Part shown: in pieces, positions 39,394 to 49,853 of the stretch
How the letters are laid out: each line of letters opens with the position of its first letter
Numbering within the stretch: position 1 is the stretch's first letter
Assembly: GCA_963840455.1 (NCBI GenBank)
Contig: CAWIYV010000009.1
Span: 1 to 64,000 of the forward strand
Origin: Nitrospirota bacterium
GTDB lineage: Bacteria > Nitrospirota > UBA9217
Reading direction: 5' to 3'
Length of the DNA: 64,000 nucleotides
Made by a program: the position numbers and the translations under genes
Notes under the pieces: model-generated
Databases searched by the model: none
What the model was told of the DNA's origin: nothing
The model's input: the letters and a program-made list of their open reading frames with translations, nothing else

Positions 39394-40629
39394 TTACTTT
39401 GATCCCGTCCGTTCCTCAGCCAGCCTGAAGTACTCTTCCCGGCATCTGCTTTCCACCTCGGCCATCTTCATGAAGGCGTCCCTGAAGTCCTTCTCTCCCG
39501 CGGCGAAGATCCCGTGGCCGTAGACGATGCAGACGCCTTGTTCCTTCATGGCCGCGGGTACTGATTTCGCCATGCCGCCGGCACCGGTCTCGCCCGCAAC
39601 GATGGGCACGCCGCAGACCGTGCGCGCCCGGTTGCAAAGGCGGTTGCAGTCCTTGATGTCGCAGTTCTTCTCGTCGCACAGCATGGACAGGATGATGCTG
39701 AACCTCGGATGACCATGCAGGACCGCCCGGTAGGGCGAATCGAGGTAGATCCCCCGGTGCGTGGGGAGTTCCGACGAGGCTGAAAGCCCGGCAGTCGAGG
39801 AGCCGTCAACGGGCACAGGATCGATGAAGCCTTCAAGCTCATCCAGGGACGAGGTGGTCTGGCTGATGAAGATGGTCGTACCGTCGAAGTAGCTGATGTT
39901 CCCGAAAAAGGAGTCCACGAACCCTTTCTCGACGGTGTAGCGACCCACCCGGCAGATCTCCTTATAGATCCCCTCCCTCGCCCCTTGGGGGAGAGGGTTG
40001 GGGTGAGGGGAAAGATGGGAAGCGGTGCTTCCCTCCAGCGGCCCGGGAGTAAAGGCAAGGCCGCTCAGGTCCGGCGTCCTGTTCCATGCCTGTTTGAACC
40101 CCTTGAAGACCATCCGCTCGCTCGGAAGCTTGAATCCGTCGGTCAGGACATCGAGGAGGTACTTGACGAAGGTGGTGTGGAAGATGGTGGAGAAGCCGAT
40201 GTAGGCCTGCTCTACGGTCACCCCGCCGGTCGAGACGACGCCCAGGCCCTGGATGATCGCGGCCTTGCGCTCTTTCAGACAGCGGACGATCATTGTCGTC
40301 AGGTCGGTCTTTGATGCACTCTCCCATTCCTTTTTCCGGATGATCGGAATATCATGCAGGAAGACCTTGGTCTCGCTGTCCTTGGGCTCGAGCCGGTCCG
40401 TTCCGGGTTCCGCACGTTCCACGAGCAGGTCGGCGAAGGGCAGCGTCAGCCTTGCGAACAGCAGGGCCGTGATATCCAATTCCTGAAAGACCGAACTGAA
40501 CACGGGAAGCCACTCATCCTGCCTGTTCGCAGACACGACATCGTCGAGGCGGTAGAAGCGGATGCTGTCGGGCACCGCGGTCCGGTCGCGCAGGAGCTTC
40601 TGCGTGTATTTCTCTATCTGGTCATGCAT
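39394..40629 (-). CDS. two-domain class II aldolase/adducin family protein
   Basis: FGNIS, SSELPTH, VLHGHP, VYGHG metal-binding motifs; AAGG RBS before MHDQ. Confidence 0.78.
   Translation of the reverse strand: MHDQIEKYTQKLLRDRTAVPDSIRFYRLDDVVSANRQDEWLPVFSSVFQELDITALLFARLTLPFADLLVERAEPGTDRLEPKDSETKVFLHDIPIIRKKEWESASKTDLTTMIVRCLKERKAAIIQGLGVVSTGGVTVEQAYIGFSTIFHTTFVKYLLDVLTDGFKLPSERMVFKGFKQAWNRTPDLSGLAFTPGPLEGSTASHLSPHPNPLPQGAREGIYKEICRVGRYTVEKGFVDSFFGNISYFDGTTIFISQTTSSLDELEGFIDPVPVDGSSTAGLSASSELPTHRGIYLDSPYRAVLHGHPRFSIILSMLCDEKNCDIKDCNRLCNRARTVCGVPIVAGETGAGGMAKSVPAAMKEQGVCIVYGHGIFAAGEKDFRDAFMKMAEVESRCREEYFRLAEERTGSK
39970..40033 (-). repeat. REP-like palindrome translated in-frame within the aldolase
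   Basis: CCCCTCACCCCAACCCTCTCCCCCAAGGGGCGAGGG encodes SPHPNPLPQGARE; related intergenic copy at 41971-42005. Confidence 0.7.
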
Positions 40630-40740
40630 GGGTGTACCTTCGTTTATATCGGTATTCACGGGATAAGTCAAGGTGGAGCAGCGGCGTGCGTCCTGCGTTC
40701 CCCATGGTCATCAACTCCACAAAGTCACCGAATCTCTCCA

Positions 40741-40815
40741 TTGAAGCTCCCTGCAGCAAGACTTCGGCGAGCTCAGTCGAGTCGCTGCGGGGAATGCGCC
40801 CGCTCCTGGATTCAA
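40741..40815 (-). mobile_element. short copy of the IS200/IS605-like element with a nested 24-nt palindrome
   Basis: TTGAAGCTCCCTGCAGCAA[GACTTCGGCGAGCTCAGTCGAGTC]GCTGCGGGGAATGCGCCCGCTCCTGGATTCAA on plus strand. Confidence 0.82.
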
Positions 40816-40938
40816 CAAAGATGTACGCATCCTTGCTAAACTTGGACTATTGCATTATAGTAATATGCATTCGTGAGCATATCGATTGCCTTGTCGGGTC
40901 ATCCTGAGCTCTCCTCTATGCATGGTGCGATCAAATTG

Positions 40939-41874
40939 ATGCGGGCCTGGGCTGCAGGTCTGACTGTCACGGTGTTTCTTCTATCGGGGACGGCCTTCGG
41001 TCTGACCGCAAATGATGAGATCAGCTCTTCCTTGAACGGTCTCCCTCTTCTGGACCATGCCGGGCATCTGTCCGTCGCTTATCGCATCCTTCCCGACCAC
41101 TTCGATAGTGCGCTCAATACGTCAGAACCCGGCCGGGAGGAGGCACCTGCCGCGCCGGGCGGCGACCGCACTGCCGTACCTTCCATCGGATATTATGCAA
41201 AGGAGTTCTTCCCCGACCTCTGGGGAGGCACGAAGAGGATCTTTTCCCGGGACAATCTTCCGCTCGCGCTGATCGGCGTGGGGCTGACCGGCCTCGCATT
41301 CACCGTGGACCATAAGGTCCAGAATTACTTCCAGGACAGAAAACCCCTGGAAGACGTCGAGAACATCGGGTACATTATCGGAGCCGGCTCCCCCGAAATC
41401 GTGGTCAGCTTTGCGCTTCTGGGAACGGGAGAGTTGATAAACAATAAAAGGCTGGCTGACACCGGCGTCGTGACGCTCCAAGCCTATCTGATCAACGGGA
41501 TCGCCACGTTGGGTCTGAAGTACGCGGTAGGGAGGGAACGCCCGGACGGCAGTGACCACTTGTCGTTCCCCTCCGGCCATGCATCGCTCACAGCCACGAT
41601 GGCTGCTTCCATTTCAGAGATGTACGACTGGGACCTCCGTCTGGCAATACCGCTCTATCTGACCGCGACATTTGTCGGGGCGACGAGGTTCCAGGCCAAT
41701 GAGCACTACCTGTCCGATGTTGTTGCCGGCATTACGCTGGGCACGCTCGTCGGGATAAGCGTTGCAAAATATCATAAGGAAAAAGACGCGAACAACGGCG
41801 CAGGAGCGGTCGTGACCATCATGCCGGTTGTCTCCAGTGACTACAAAGGGATCGTCCTCGACTGGAGATTTTGA
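40939..41874 (+). CDS. PAP2-family phosphatase
   Basis: KYAVGRERP, SFPSGH, TRFQANEHYLSDV; signal-like N-terminus; start uncertain. Confidence 0.85.
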   Translation: MRAWAAGLTVTVFLLSGTAFGLTANDEISSSLNGLPLLDHAGHLSVAYRILPDHFDSALNTSEPGREEAPAAPGGDRTAVPSIGYYAKEFFPDLWGGTKRIFSRDNLPLALIGVGLTGLAFTVDHKVQNYFQDRKPLEDVENIGYIIGAGSPEIVVSFALLGTGELINNKRLADTGVVTLQAYLINGIATLGLKYAVGRERPDGSDHLSFPSGHASLTATMAASISEMYDWDLRLAIPLYLTATFVGATRFQANEHYLSDVVAGITLGTLVGISVAKYHKEKDANNGAGAVVTIMPVVSSDYKGIVLDWRF

Positions 41875-41931
41875 ACCGCCGGCCGTTCTTGATCGCGCCT
41901 GCGCCTTTTCCCCGCTTCCGGTCCCGCCACA

Positions 41932-41959
41932 TTGACTCTCCCCGCAAAACTGCTACAAT
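41932..41959 (+). promoter_or_regulatory. sigma70 promoter
   Basis: TTGACT-16-TACAAT with TGn. Confidence 0.6.
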
Positions 41960-41970
41960 CTAGCTACGCA

Positions 41971-42005
41971 ACCCTCACCCGACCTCTTCCCTCCCGGGAG
42001 AGGGA
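41971..42005 (+). repeat. REP-like palindrome in 5' UTR
   Basis: ACCCTCACCCGACCTCTTCCCTCCCGGGAGAGGG, same family as 39970-40010. Confidence 0.6.
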
Positions 42006-42018
42006 TGAAAGGCATACC

Positions 42019-43425
42019 ATGAAAGAATTCGACGTTGTGATCATCGGCTCCGGCGCCGGCGCGAACCTTATCGAGGACGCGCTGTCGCACAACAAGACCG
42101 TGGCGCTTGTGGACAAGGGGCCTTCGGGCGGGACCTGCCTGAACGTGGGCTGCATCCCGACCAAGATGATCGTGGTCCCGGCTGACCGGGTGATGGAGGT
42201 CCGCGAGGCGAAGAAGCTCGGCATCTTCGCGGAGATCAGGGCCGTGGATTTTCCCGCCATCATGGAGCGGATGCGCTCCCATGTGGGGAAGAGCCGGGAC
42301 CAGATCAAGGCGGCGCTGGAGAGCGCCGAGGACTTCGACTATTACGGAGGCGAGGCGCAGTTCACGGACGAACGCACGCTGGAGGTGAACGGGAAGACGG
42401 TGAAGGGAAAGGCCATTTTCATCGCTGCCGGCGTCCGGCCGCTGGTGCCCGCCATCAAGGGCATCGAGAGCGTCGAGTACCTCACGAACGAGAGCGCCCT
42501 ACGGCTGACGGCGCTGCCCGAAAGCTTGGTCATCATCGGCGGGGGATACATCGCCGCGGAGTTCGCCCATTTCTTCGAGGCAATGGGCACCCGGGTGATG
42601 GTCGTCCAGCGGAACAAGCGGCTCGTGCCCGACGAGGAGCCCGAGGTGTCGGAGCTGCTCAGGAGCTCGCTCGCCAAGCGCATGCAGGTGCACGTCGACA
42701 CGGAGGCGATCGAGGTCAAGCAGACCGGCCCGGTCGTCACGGTCACGGCACAGGAGCGGGGCAGCGGCAAACAGAGGGAATTCACGGCAAGCCATCTCCT
42801 GGTCGCCGCGGGCAGAAAGCCGAACACCGACAACCTCATGGTCACGAACACGGGCGTCAAAACGAATGAAAAGGGCTACATCATCGTGGACGAGTTCTTC
42901 GAGACCTCGGCCAAGGGCATCTGGGCCTTCGGCGATATCATCGGCAAGAAGATGTTCCGGCATTCGGCGAACCATGAGGCCGAGCTGGTCTGGCACAACG
43001 CGGTCCACGGCAAAAAATCGCGCATGAACTACCTCACGGTGCCCCACGCGGTCTTCTCGTGGCCCGAGATCGCCTCCGTGGGCCTCGGTGAGGCCGAGGC
43101 GGTGAAGCTGATCGGCAAACAGGAGGTGCTGGTGGGTAAGGCCATGTACACCGATGTGGCGAGGGGCGAGGCCATGCGGGAAGAGGAGGGTTTCACCAAG
43201 GCGATCGTGCACCGGAAGACCGGGAAGGTCCTCGGCTACCACATCATCGGTCCCCACGCGTCCATCCTCATCCAGGAGGTCGTGAACGCCATGGCCGCCG
43301 ATGGGAACGTGTGGTCCGTTGCAAAGGGGATGCACATCCACCCCGCGCTGTCCGAGGTGGTGCTGAAGGCCTTCGGCAAGCTGCAGCCGGTGGACGGGGA
43401 GCACCATCATCACCACGACCAATAG
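42019..43425 (+). CDS. pyridine nucleotide-disulfide oxidoreductase (dihydrolipoamide dehydrogenase/mycothione reductase-like)
   Basis: [32 protein letters not shown]; C-terminal HHHHH. Confidence 0.9.
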   Translation: MKEFDVVIIGSGAGANLIEDALSHNKTVALVDKGPSGGTCLNVGCIPTKMIVVPADRVMEVREAKKLGIFAEIRAVDFPAIMERMRSHVGKSRDQIKAALESAEDFDYYGGEAQFTDERTLEVNGKTVKGKAIFIAAGVRPLVPAIKGIESVEYLTNESALRLTALPESLVIIGGGYIAAEFAHFFEAMGTRVMVVQRNKRLVPDEEPEVSELLRSSLAKRMQVHVDTEAIEVKQTGPVVTVTAQERGSGKQREFTASHLLVAAGRKPNTDNLMVTNTGVKTNEKGYIIVDEFFETSAKGIWAFGDIIGKKMFRHSANHEAELVWHNAVHGKKSRMNYLTVPHAVFSWPEIASVGLGEAEAVKLIGKQEVLVGKAMYTDVARGEAMREEEGFTKAIVHRKTGKVLGYHIIGPHASILIQEVVNAMAADGNVWSVAKGMHIHPALSEVVLKAFGKLQPVDGEHHHHHDQ

Positions 43426-43565
43426 CCCGGTCGGTATCACCCGGTCGCAAGCAGGCAGATCCTCTCCCGCCTAACGAGGCAGGGCCTGTTCAGCGGCTGC
43501 GGCCCCGGCAGATGCTTGCCGTGAAGGAGAAACGGCCGCTCACAGCCTGTTTTTCCACAATTTCA

Positions 43566-43595
43566 TTGACTTTCCGCTCCTCCGCATGGTATAAA
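43566..43595 (+). promoter_or_regulatory. sigma70 promoter of typA
   Basis: TTGACT-18-TATAAA with TGn. Confidence 0.55.
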
Positions 43596-43700
43596 GCCCC
43601 GCTTCGCAAAGATCCCACTTCGATCCACGAAAACCCCAGTCACCAGGAAGTTCTTCCCCTCCGGCCTGATTTTCGCGGTACCCAGAAAAGGAAATGGAAC

Positions 43701-45521
43701 ATGCTGAAAAGAACGGACCTCCGCAACATCGCCATCATCGCCCATGTCGACCACGGCAAGACCACGCTCGTGGACACGCTGCTGCGCCAGAGCGGCACCT
43801 TCCGCGACAACGAGCGCGTGCAGGAACGGGTGATGGACAACATCGACCTGGAGCGCGAGCGCGGCATCACGATCATGGCCAAGAACACGTCGGTGCAGTA
43901 CGGCGACGTGAAGATCAATATCGTTGACACGCCCGGCCACGCGGACTTCGGCGGCGAGGTGGAGCGGACGCTCAAGATGGTGGACGGCGTGCTGCTGCTC
44001 GTGGACGCGTCCGAGGGCCCGCTTCCGCAGACCCGCTTCGTGCTGAAGAAGGCGCTGGAGCTTGGCCTCCCGCCGATCCTCGTGATCAACAAGATCGACC
44101 GGCCCGACGCGCGCATCAGCGAGGTGGTGAACGAGGTCTACGATCTGTTCATCGACCTCGACGCAGATGACCAGCAGCTGGAATTTCCCATCGTCTACAC
44201 CAACGCCCGCGACGGCATCGCGAAGCTCAAGATGGAGGATGAGGGGACGAACCTTCAGCCGCTTTTCGACCTCATCGTGAAGACGGTCCCGCCGGCGGAA
44301 GGCGACGAAACCGCGCCGCTTCAGCTCCTCGTCATGAACATCGATTACAACGACTACGTGGGACGCCTGGCCGTCGGCAAGATCTTCGCCGGCACGGTGA
44401 AGATCACCGATCCCATTGGCGTGGTGCAGCAGGGCGGCAAGATGGTGAAGACCAAGGTCACCTCGCTCTTCGCGTTCCAGGGCCTGAAGCGCGTGGACAC
44501 GGAAACGGCAACAGTGGGCGACATCGTGGCCCTGGCCGGCATCGAGGGCGTGAACATCGGCGATACGATCACCAACCCCGATGACCCCAAACCCCTGCCG
44601 CGCATCGCCGTGGACGAGCCCACGATCTCCATGCTCTTCTCGATCAACAACTCGCCCTTCGCGGGCAAGGAAGGCAAGTACGTCACCTCCCGCCACCTGA
44701 AAGAGCGGCTCGAGAAGGAGCTCCTGTACAACGTGGCCATCAAGGTGGAGGCGGGAGAATCGACCGACACCTTCAAGGTCCTGGGCCGGGGAGAGCTGCA
44801 GCTCGCGATCCTGATCGAGATGATGCGGCGCGAGGGCTACGAGCTCTCGGTCGCCCAGCCCGAGACAGTCACCAAGATCGTTGACGGGAAGACCCACGAA
44901 CCCATGGAGAGCCTGGTCATCGACTGCCCCGAGGAGTTCATCGGCGTGGTCACCCAGAAGCTCGGCTCCCGCAAGGGCCGCATGACCAAGATGGCGAACA
45001 ACGGCCACGGCCGCGTCCGGCTCGAGTTCCGCATCCCGGCGCGGGGACTCATCGGCTTCCGGTCCGAGTTCCTGACCGACACACGCGGCACCGGCCTGTT
45101 GAACCATCTCTTTGACGGCTATGAACCCTGGCAGGGCCCCATCGCGAAGCGGAGCACCGGCGCGCTGGTGGCGGACCGAGCAGGCAAGACCACGACCTAC
45201 GCACTCTACCACATCCAGCCCCGGGGCGAGCTCTTCATCAACGAGAGCACCGCGGTCTACGAGGGCATGATCGTGGGCGAGAACTCGCGCGAGAACGATA
45301 TGGACGTCAACGTGATCAAGGAGAAGAAGCTCACGAACATGCGCGCTTCCGGTGCCGATGAAGCACTTCGGCTCGTCCCCCACCGCCAGCTGTCGCTTGA
45401 GCAGTCGCTGGAGTTCATCAAGGAGGACGAGCTCGTGGAAGTGACGCCGCATTCCATCCGGCTCCGGAAGAAGGTCCTGGAGTCGAACAAGCGGCCGAAG
45501 AGCAGGGAGAAGACGGAGTAG
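43701..45521 (+). CDS. typA: translational GTPase TypA/BipA
   Basis: [48 protein letters not shown]. Confidence 0.98.
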   Translation: MLKRTDLRNIAIIAHVDHGKTTLVDTLLRQSGTFRDNERVQERVMDNIDLERERGITIMAKNTSVQYGDVKINIVDTPGHADFGGEVERTLKMVDGVLLLVDASEGPLPQTRFVLKKALELGLPPILVINKIDRPDARISEVVNEVYDLFIDLDADDQQLEFPIVYTNARDGIAKLKMEDEGTNLQPLFDLIVKTVPPAEGDETAPLQLLVMNIDYNDYVGRLAVGKIFAGTVKITDPIGVVQQGGKMVKTKVTSLFAFQGLKRVDTETATVGDIVALAGIEGVNIGDTITNPDDPKPLPRIAVDEPTISMLFSINNSPFAGKEGKYVTSRHLKERLEKELLYNVAIKVEAGESTDTFKVLGRGELQLAILIEMMRREGYELSVAQPETVTKIVDGKTHEPMESLVIDCPEEFIGVVTQKLGSRKGRMTKMANNGHGRVRLEFRIPARGLIGFRSEFLTDTRGTGLLNHLFDGYEPWQGPIAKRSTGALVADRAGKTTTYALYHIQPRGELFINESTAVYEGMIVGENSRENDMDVNVIKEKKLTNMRASGADEALRLVPHRQLSLEQSLEFIKEDELVEVTPHSIRLRKKVLESNKRPKSREKTE

Positions 45522-45575
45522 GGGCGCCATCCGCGGGCATCCCAGCCGGGAGCCGGATCATCGTGCATCGTATAA

Positions 45576-45611
45576 CGGGCCGCCTCGCATGAGGCGGCCC
45601 GAGCTGTTTTT
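45576..45611 (+). terminator. intrinsic terminator after typA
   Basis: CGGGCCGCCTC-gcat-GAGGCGGCCCG then agctgTTTTT. Confidence 0.65.
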
Positions 45612-45846
45612 GGAGGCTTGACAAGAGTGTTGCTGCTGTCATGCACCTTCTCATATCCTTGTCTGTATTCCGCACGATCCCCTATACATACCCGATCGAT
45701 CGTATTGATCGACAAGCCCACAATAGCTTTTGTACATAATTACTGCTAAAATTACCTACAGAAGCATTCCTTTCGTTTTGATCTCCAAAACCGAAGTCGG
45801 GCTTGTATGTACGGCAGGATAAGACATGAGGGGAAAAGGGGGCCCT

Positions 45847-48800
45847 ATGGCCGAAAAGAAAAGGCGCGCAAAGGCGAAATCTCTTCAGAAGACCACTGCT
45901 CGCCATAGATCCGGCAGCGCTAAAAAGCCCGGCAACGCTCCACGCCCTGTTTTTCAGCAAGACCCTCTGCGCAAGAACGACAACAAGAGTTTCACCATCG
46001 TCGGTATCGGCGCCTCAGCGGGCGGGTTGGAGGCGTTTGAACAGTTCTTCAGGCACATGCCTGCCGACAGCGGCATGGCCTTCATTTTAGTTTCCCATCT
46101 TGACCCCACTCACAAAAGCATCCTCGGCGATCTCTTAAAGCGCTACACGAACATGGAGATCTTTCAGGCGGAGGACGGGATGGTGGTGGAACCCAACTGC
46201 GTGTACCTCATCCCGCCGAACAAGGACATGTCCATCCTGCACGGGTCGCTCCAGTTGTTTGAGCCTGTCAAGAGCCTTGGGATTCGGCATCCCATTGATT
46301 TCTTTTTCCGGTCTCTGGCGGAAGACCAGGGTGGGAAGGCCATCGGCATCGTCCTCTCCGGAACCGGGACCGAAGGCGCGCTCGGCTTGAAGGCCATTAA
46401 AGGCGAGGGCGGCCTGGTGCTTGCGCAGGAGGTGAAGACCGCCAAGTATGACGGCATGCCGGCGAGCGCCATCGCCACGGGAATTGTTGATTACGTGTTG
46501 TCTCCGGACAAGATGCCGGAACAGCTCCTGAACTATATCCGGCGGCCGTATTCCCGGCCCCTTCTGACGGTTGAAACACCGTCGGGGAAGTCCCAGGAAC
46601 TTCTGCAGAAGATCTATGTGCTGATCCGGGCGCAGACGGGACACGACTTTTCCCTGTACAAGCAGAATACCATTCTGCGCAGGATCGAAAAGCGGATGGC
46701 CATTCATCAGATCGAGCGGCTGACGGATTACGTAACCTATCTTCGCGACAACCCGGCGGAGGTCGATGCGCTGTTCAGGGAGCTGCTCATCCGGGTCACG
46801 AGCTTCTTCCGGGACCCGGAGGCATTCGAGGTCATCGAAGAGAAGGTCCTGCCGCACTTGCTGAAGAACAGGACCTACGATGACCCCATCCGGGTATGGG
46901 TCCCCGGCTGCTCCACCGGTGAGGAAGCCTATTCACTGGCGATCCTGTTCCACCAATATCTGCAGAAAACGAAAAAGAACATCAGGGTCCAGATGTTTGC
47001 GACCGATATCGACAGCGTAGCCATAGATTCGGCCCGCGCCGGTATCTATGAGGAGGGCGTGGCCGCTGACCTCTCGGATGAACAACGGGAAAGGTATTTC
47101 GTAAAAAAGGGTGCGACGTACAAGGTCAGGGAAGATATCCGTGCCATGGTCGTATTCGCGGTACAGAACGTCGTGAAAGACCCGCCGTTCTCCCGGCTCG
47201 ACATGATAAGCTGCAGGAACCTGCTGATCTACCTGAGCGGGGCCCTCCAGAAGAAGGTGCTGCCCCTGTTCAGTTACTCCCTCAGACCCGACGGAGTCCT
47301 CTTCCTCGGGTCCTCCGAGACCATTGGAGACCATGCGGACCTGTTCTCCGTTCTTGACAAGAAATGGAAGGTCTTCAAGGCCAAACGCGGTCCGGGCGTG
47401 CAGGTGCTGGATGGCCGTCGCCCGGCGGCGGAGCGCGACCGGGACGAAAGAACCGTGAAGGAACCCGGTTCCGCAAAGCCCGGAGAACCCGACATCGGCG
47501 TACTGACCGAACAGCTGCTGCTGGACAGCTTTACGCCCCCCTGCGTGATCGTCAATGCGCAAGGCAACATCCTTTACGTGCACGGCAGGACCGGTGCGTA
47601 TCTCGAGCCGGCATCAGGCAAGGCGCGGTTCAATGCCCTCGACATGGCGCGCGAAGGGATCCGGCTTGAGCTCAGGATGGGCCTTCGCAAGATCGTGAGT
47701 CAGAAGAAGAGGCTTCTCTTCTCAGGACTGCACGTCAAGACGAACGGGAATGTCCGGACGGCGGACCTGGAGCTGAAGTACATCAACAAACCGGAGCACC
47801 TCCGGGGCCTGGTCATGATCGTGTTCCACGAGATGCAGCAGGCAAAAGGGACGAAGACAACGAAGGGAAGGGCACACCCTCCCAAAAAGGCCTTGCGGCA
47901 CATCGCCGAGCTGGAGTTGGAGCTCAAATCGACGAAAGAGCATCTCCATTCCACCGTCGAGGAGCTCGAAACCTCCAACGAAGAGCTCAAGTCGACGAAC
48001 GAGGAGCTGCAGTCGTCGAACGAGGAGCTGCAGAGCACCAATGAGGAGATCGAGACCTCGAAAGAAGAGCTCCAATCGGTCAATGAAGAGCTGATGACGG
48101 TGAACGCAGAGCTGCAGACCAAGATCGACGATCTGTCGCAGGCGAACAGCGATATGATCAACCTGCTCGCGGGCACCCAGATCGCCACGGTCTTTCTAGG
48201 CAGCGATCTGCGCATCAAACGGTTCACGCCGATGGCGATCGATCTGATCAACCTGATCCAGACGGACGTGGGGCGCCCGATCAGCGATATCGCCTCGAAA
48301 CTGGAATATCAGGAACTGGTGCAAGACGCACAAGACGTGCTCAGGACCCTGGTCTCGAGAGAGAAGGAAGTGCGCGGCACCAATGGGCGCTGGTATCTGA
48401 TGCGGATCATGCCGTATCGCACCCTGGCGAACGTCATTGACGGTGTTGTCATCACGTTCATCGATATAACCGAGCAGAAAAAAACGCAGGAAACGCTCAG
48501 GGATGCCCTCGAATTCGCCGAGGGCATCGTGGAGACCGTGCGGGAACCGCTCATGGTCCTCGATGCCGGCCTTCGGGTGCTGCGAACGAACGAGGCCTTC
48601 TATACGACCTTCAAGGTCGCTCCCGCGGATACCGAAAAGAAGCTCATCTATGAGCTCGGCAGTCGTCAGTGGGACATTCCGGCGCTCAGGGAACTTCTCG
48701 AAAAGGTCCTTCCCGAGAACACGCAGGTCCGGGATTTCGTGGTGGACCATGAATTCCCGGGTATCGGACGGAAGAAAATGCTGCTCAATGCGCGCAGGGT

Positions 48801-48867
48801 GCTCAGGCGGGACTCGCAGACCCGGACCATACTCCTGGCCATCGAAGACATAAGCGATAAAAGATAA
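45847..48867 (+). CDS. CheB-CheR fusion with coiled coil and PAS domains
   Basis: GIGASAGG, VSHL, SGTGTEG; VTSFFRD, GCSTGEEAYS, ATDID, SCRNLLIY; EELQSxN heptads; PAS domains; start 45826 or 45847. Confidence 0.93.
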   Translation: MAEKKRRAKAKSLQKTTARHRSGSAKKPGNAPRPVFQQDPLRKNDNKSFTIVGIGASAGGLEAFEQFFRHMPADSGMAFILVSHLDPTHKSILGDLLKRYTNMEIFQAEDGMVVEPNCVYLIPPNKDMSILHGSLQLFEPVKSLGIRHPIDFFFRSLAEDQGGKAIGIVLSGTGTEGALGLKAIKGEGGLVLAQEVKTAKYDGMPASAIATGIVDYVLSPDKMPEQLLNYIRRPYSRPLLTVETPSGKSQELLQKIYVLIRAQTGHDFSLYKQNTILRRIEKRMAIHQIERLTDYVTYLRDNPAEVDALFRELLIRVTSFFRDPEAFEVIEEKVLPHLLKNRTYDDPIRVWVPGCSTGEEAYSLAILFHQYLQKTKKNIRVQMFATDIDSVAIDSARAGIYEEGVAADLSDEQRERYFVKKGATYKVREDIRAMVVFAVQNVVKDPPFSRLDMISCRNLLIYLSGALQKKVLPLFSYSLRPDGVLFLGSSETIGDHADLFSVLDKKWKVFKAKRGPGVQVLDGRRPAAERDRDERTVKEPGSAKPGEPDIGVLTEQLLLDSFTPPCVIVNAQGNILYVHGRTGAYLEPASGKARFNALDMAREGIRLELRMGLRKIVSQKKRLLFSGLHVKTNGNVRTADLELKYINKPEHLRGLVMIVFHEMQQAKGTKTTKGRAHPPKKALRHIAELELELKSTKEHLHSTVEELETSNEELKSTNEELQSSNEELQSTNEEIETSKEELQSVNEELMTVNAELQTKIDDLSQANSDMINLLAGTQIATVFLGSDLRIKRFTPMAIDLINLIQTDVGRPISDIASKLEYQELVQDAQDVLRTLVSREKEVRGTNGRWYLMRIMPYRTLANVIDGVVITFIDITEQKKTQETLRDALEFAEGIVETVREPLMVLDAGLRVLRTNEAFYTTFKVAPADTEKKLIYELGSRQWDIPALRELLEKVLPENTQVRDFVVDHEFPGIGRKKMLLNARRVLRRDSQTRTILLAIEDISDKR

Positions 48868-48889
48868 AGCGCCGATTCGAGCTCAGGGT

Positions 48890-48997
48890 TTGAATCCAGG
48901 AGCGAGCGTTTCCCCCGTAGCTTGCTGCGGGGTTAGCGTGCAATGAGAATAACGATAGTTCCTTGAGGATCGAAGATTCCCTGCAGCTTCCTGCAGG
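48890..48997 (+). mobile_element. copy of the IS200/IS605-like element with decayed right end
   Basis: TTGAA|TCCAGGAGCGAGCGTTTCCCCCGTAGCTTGCTGCGGGG..GATTCCCTGCAGCTTCCTGCAGG; terminal GAGCTTCAA lost. Confidence 0.82.
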
Positions 48998-49049
48998 AAA
49001 TATTGATCTCGGCCTTAGATGAAAATGAAGGGCGATAAACATCAGTTCT

Positions 49050-49853
49050 ATGAAACGATCCGATTCAAAAAAGAAAAGCCTCACTGCCTTCCGAAGCAAG
49101 GCGGAGAAGAAACTGAAGGAGCAAATGGATAGGTTGGAAAAACTATCCACCCTTGATGTCCGGGACCTTGTTCATGAGCTCGGTACGCACCAGATCGAGC
49201 TGGAAATGCAGAACGAAGAGCTGCGCCGGGCCCAGGAGGAGCTTGAGGCATCGCGCAGCAGGTATGTGGAACTGTACGACTTCGCTCCTGTCGGCTATTT
49301 TACCACTGATGCGCGCGGCCTGATACGGGAGGTGAACCTCACCGGAGCACAGCTTCTGGGAATCGCGAAGGGATCGCTGCTCAACAAATCCTTTGCCGGT
49401 TTTCTTGCAGATGCAGGGGACCGAGGTATATATCATGCGCACCGGAAGGATACGTTCCGGACCCGGGCCCCCCATACCTGCGAGGTCAGGCTCAAGAGAA
49501 GGGATGGCGCATTGTTCTTTTCCCAGCTCCAGAGCGCTGCGGTGGAGAATTTCGATGATAAGGCCGGTCATATCCACACAACGGTGGTCGATATAACGGA
49601 ACGCAAACAGCTCGAGGAAGGGCGGGAGAAGCTCCTCCATGAACTGCAGGATGCATTCGCGAAGATAAAGAAGCTGAAAGAGCTCTTGCCGATCTGTTCA
49701 TACTGCAAGAAGATCCGCAATGACGCAGGCTACTGGCAGCGGGTCGAGTGGTATATCACGGAGCACACGGACACGATGTTCACCCACGGCATATGTCCTG
49801 AATGTTACGAAAAAGTAAAAGAGGAAATGTCACAATTCAGAAAGAAATCATGA
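49050..49853 (+). CDS. coiled-coil + PAS protein with C-terminal 4-Cys putative Zn-binding domain
   Basis: HELGTHQIELEMQNEEL, LYDFAPVGY, DITERK, PICSYCKKIR..HGICPEC. Confidence 0.85.
   Translation: MKRSDSKKKSLTAFRSKAEKKLKEQMDRLEKLSTLDVRDLVHELGTHQIELEMQNEELRRAQEELEASRSRYVELYDFAPVGYFTTDARGLIREVNLTGAQLLGIAKGSLLNKSFAGFLADAGDRGIYHAHRKDTFRTRAPHTCEVRLKRRDGALFFSQLQSAAVENFDDKAGHIHTTVVDITERKQLEEGREKLLHELQDAFAKIKKLKELLPICSYCKKIRNDAGYWQRVEWYITEHTDTMFTHGICPECYEKVKEEMSQFRKKS

Noticed and set aside
47959-48117. ~21-bp periodic repeat (GAGGAGCTGCAG...) as a CRISPR array or VNTR
   Set aside because: It is in-frame, varies at synonymous sites and encodes the EELxSxN coiled coil typical of CheB-CheR fusions; there are no spacers or cas genes.
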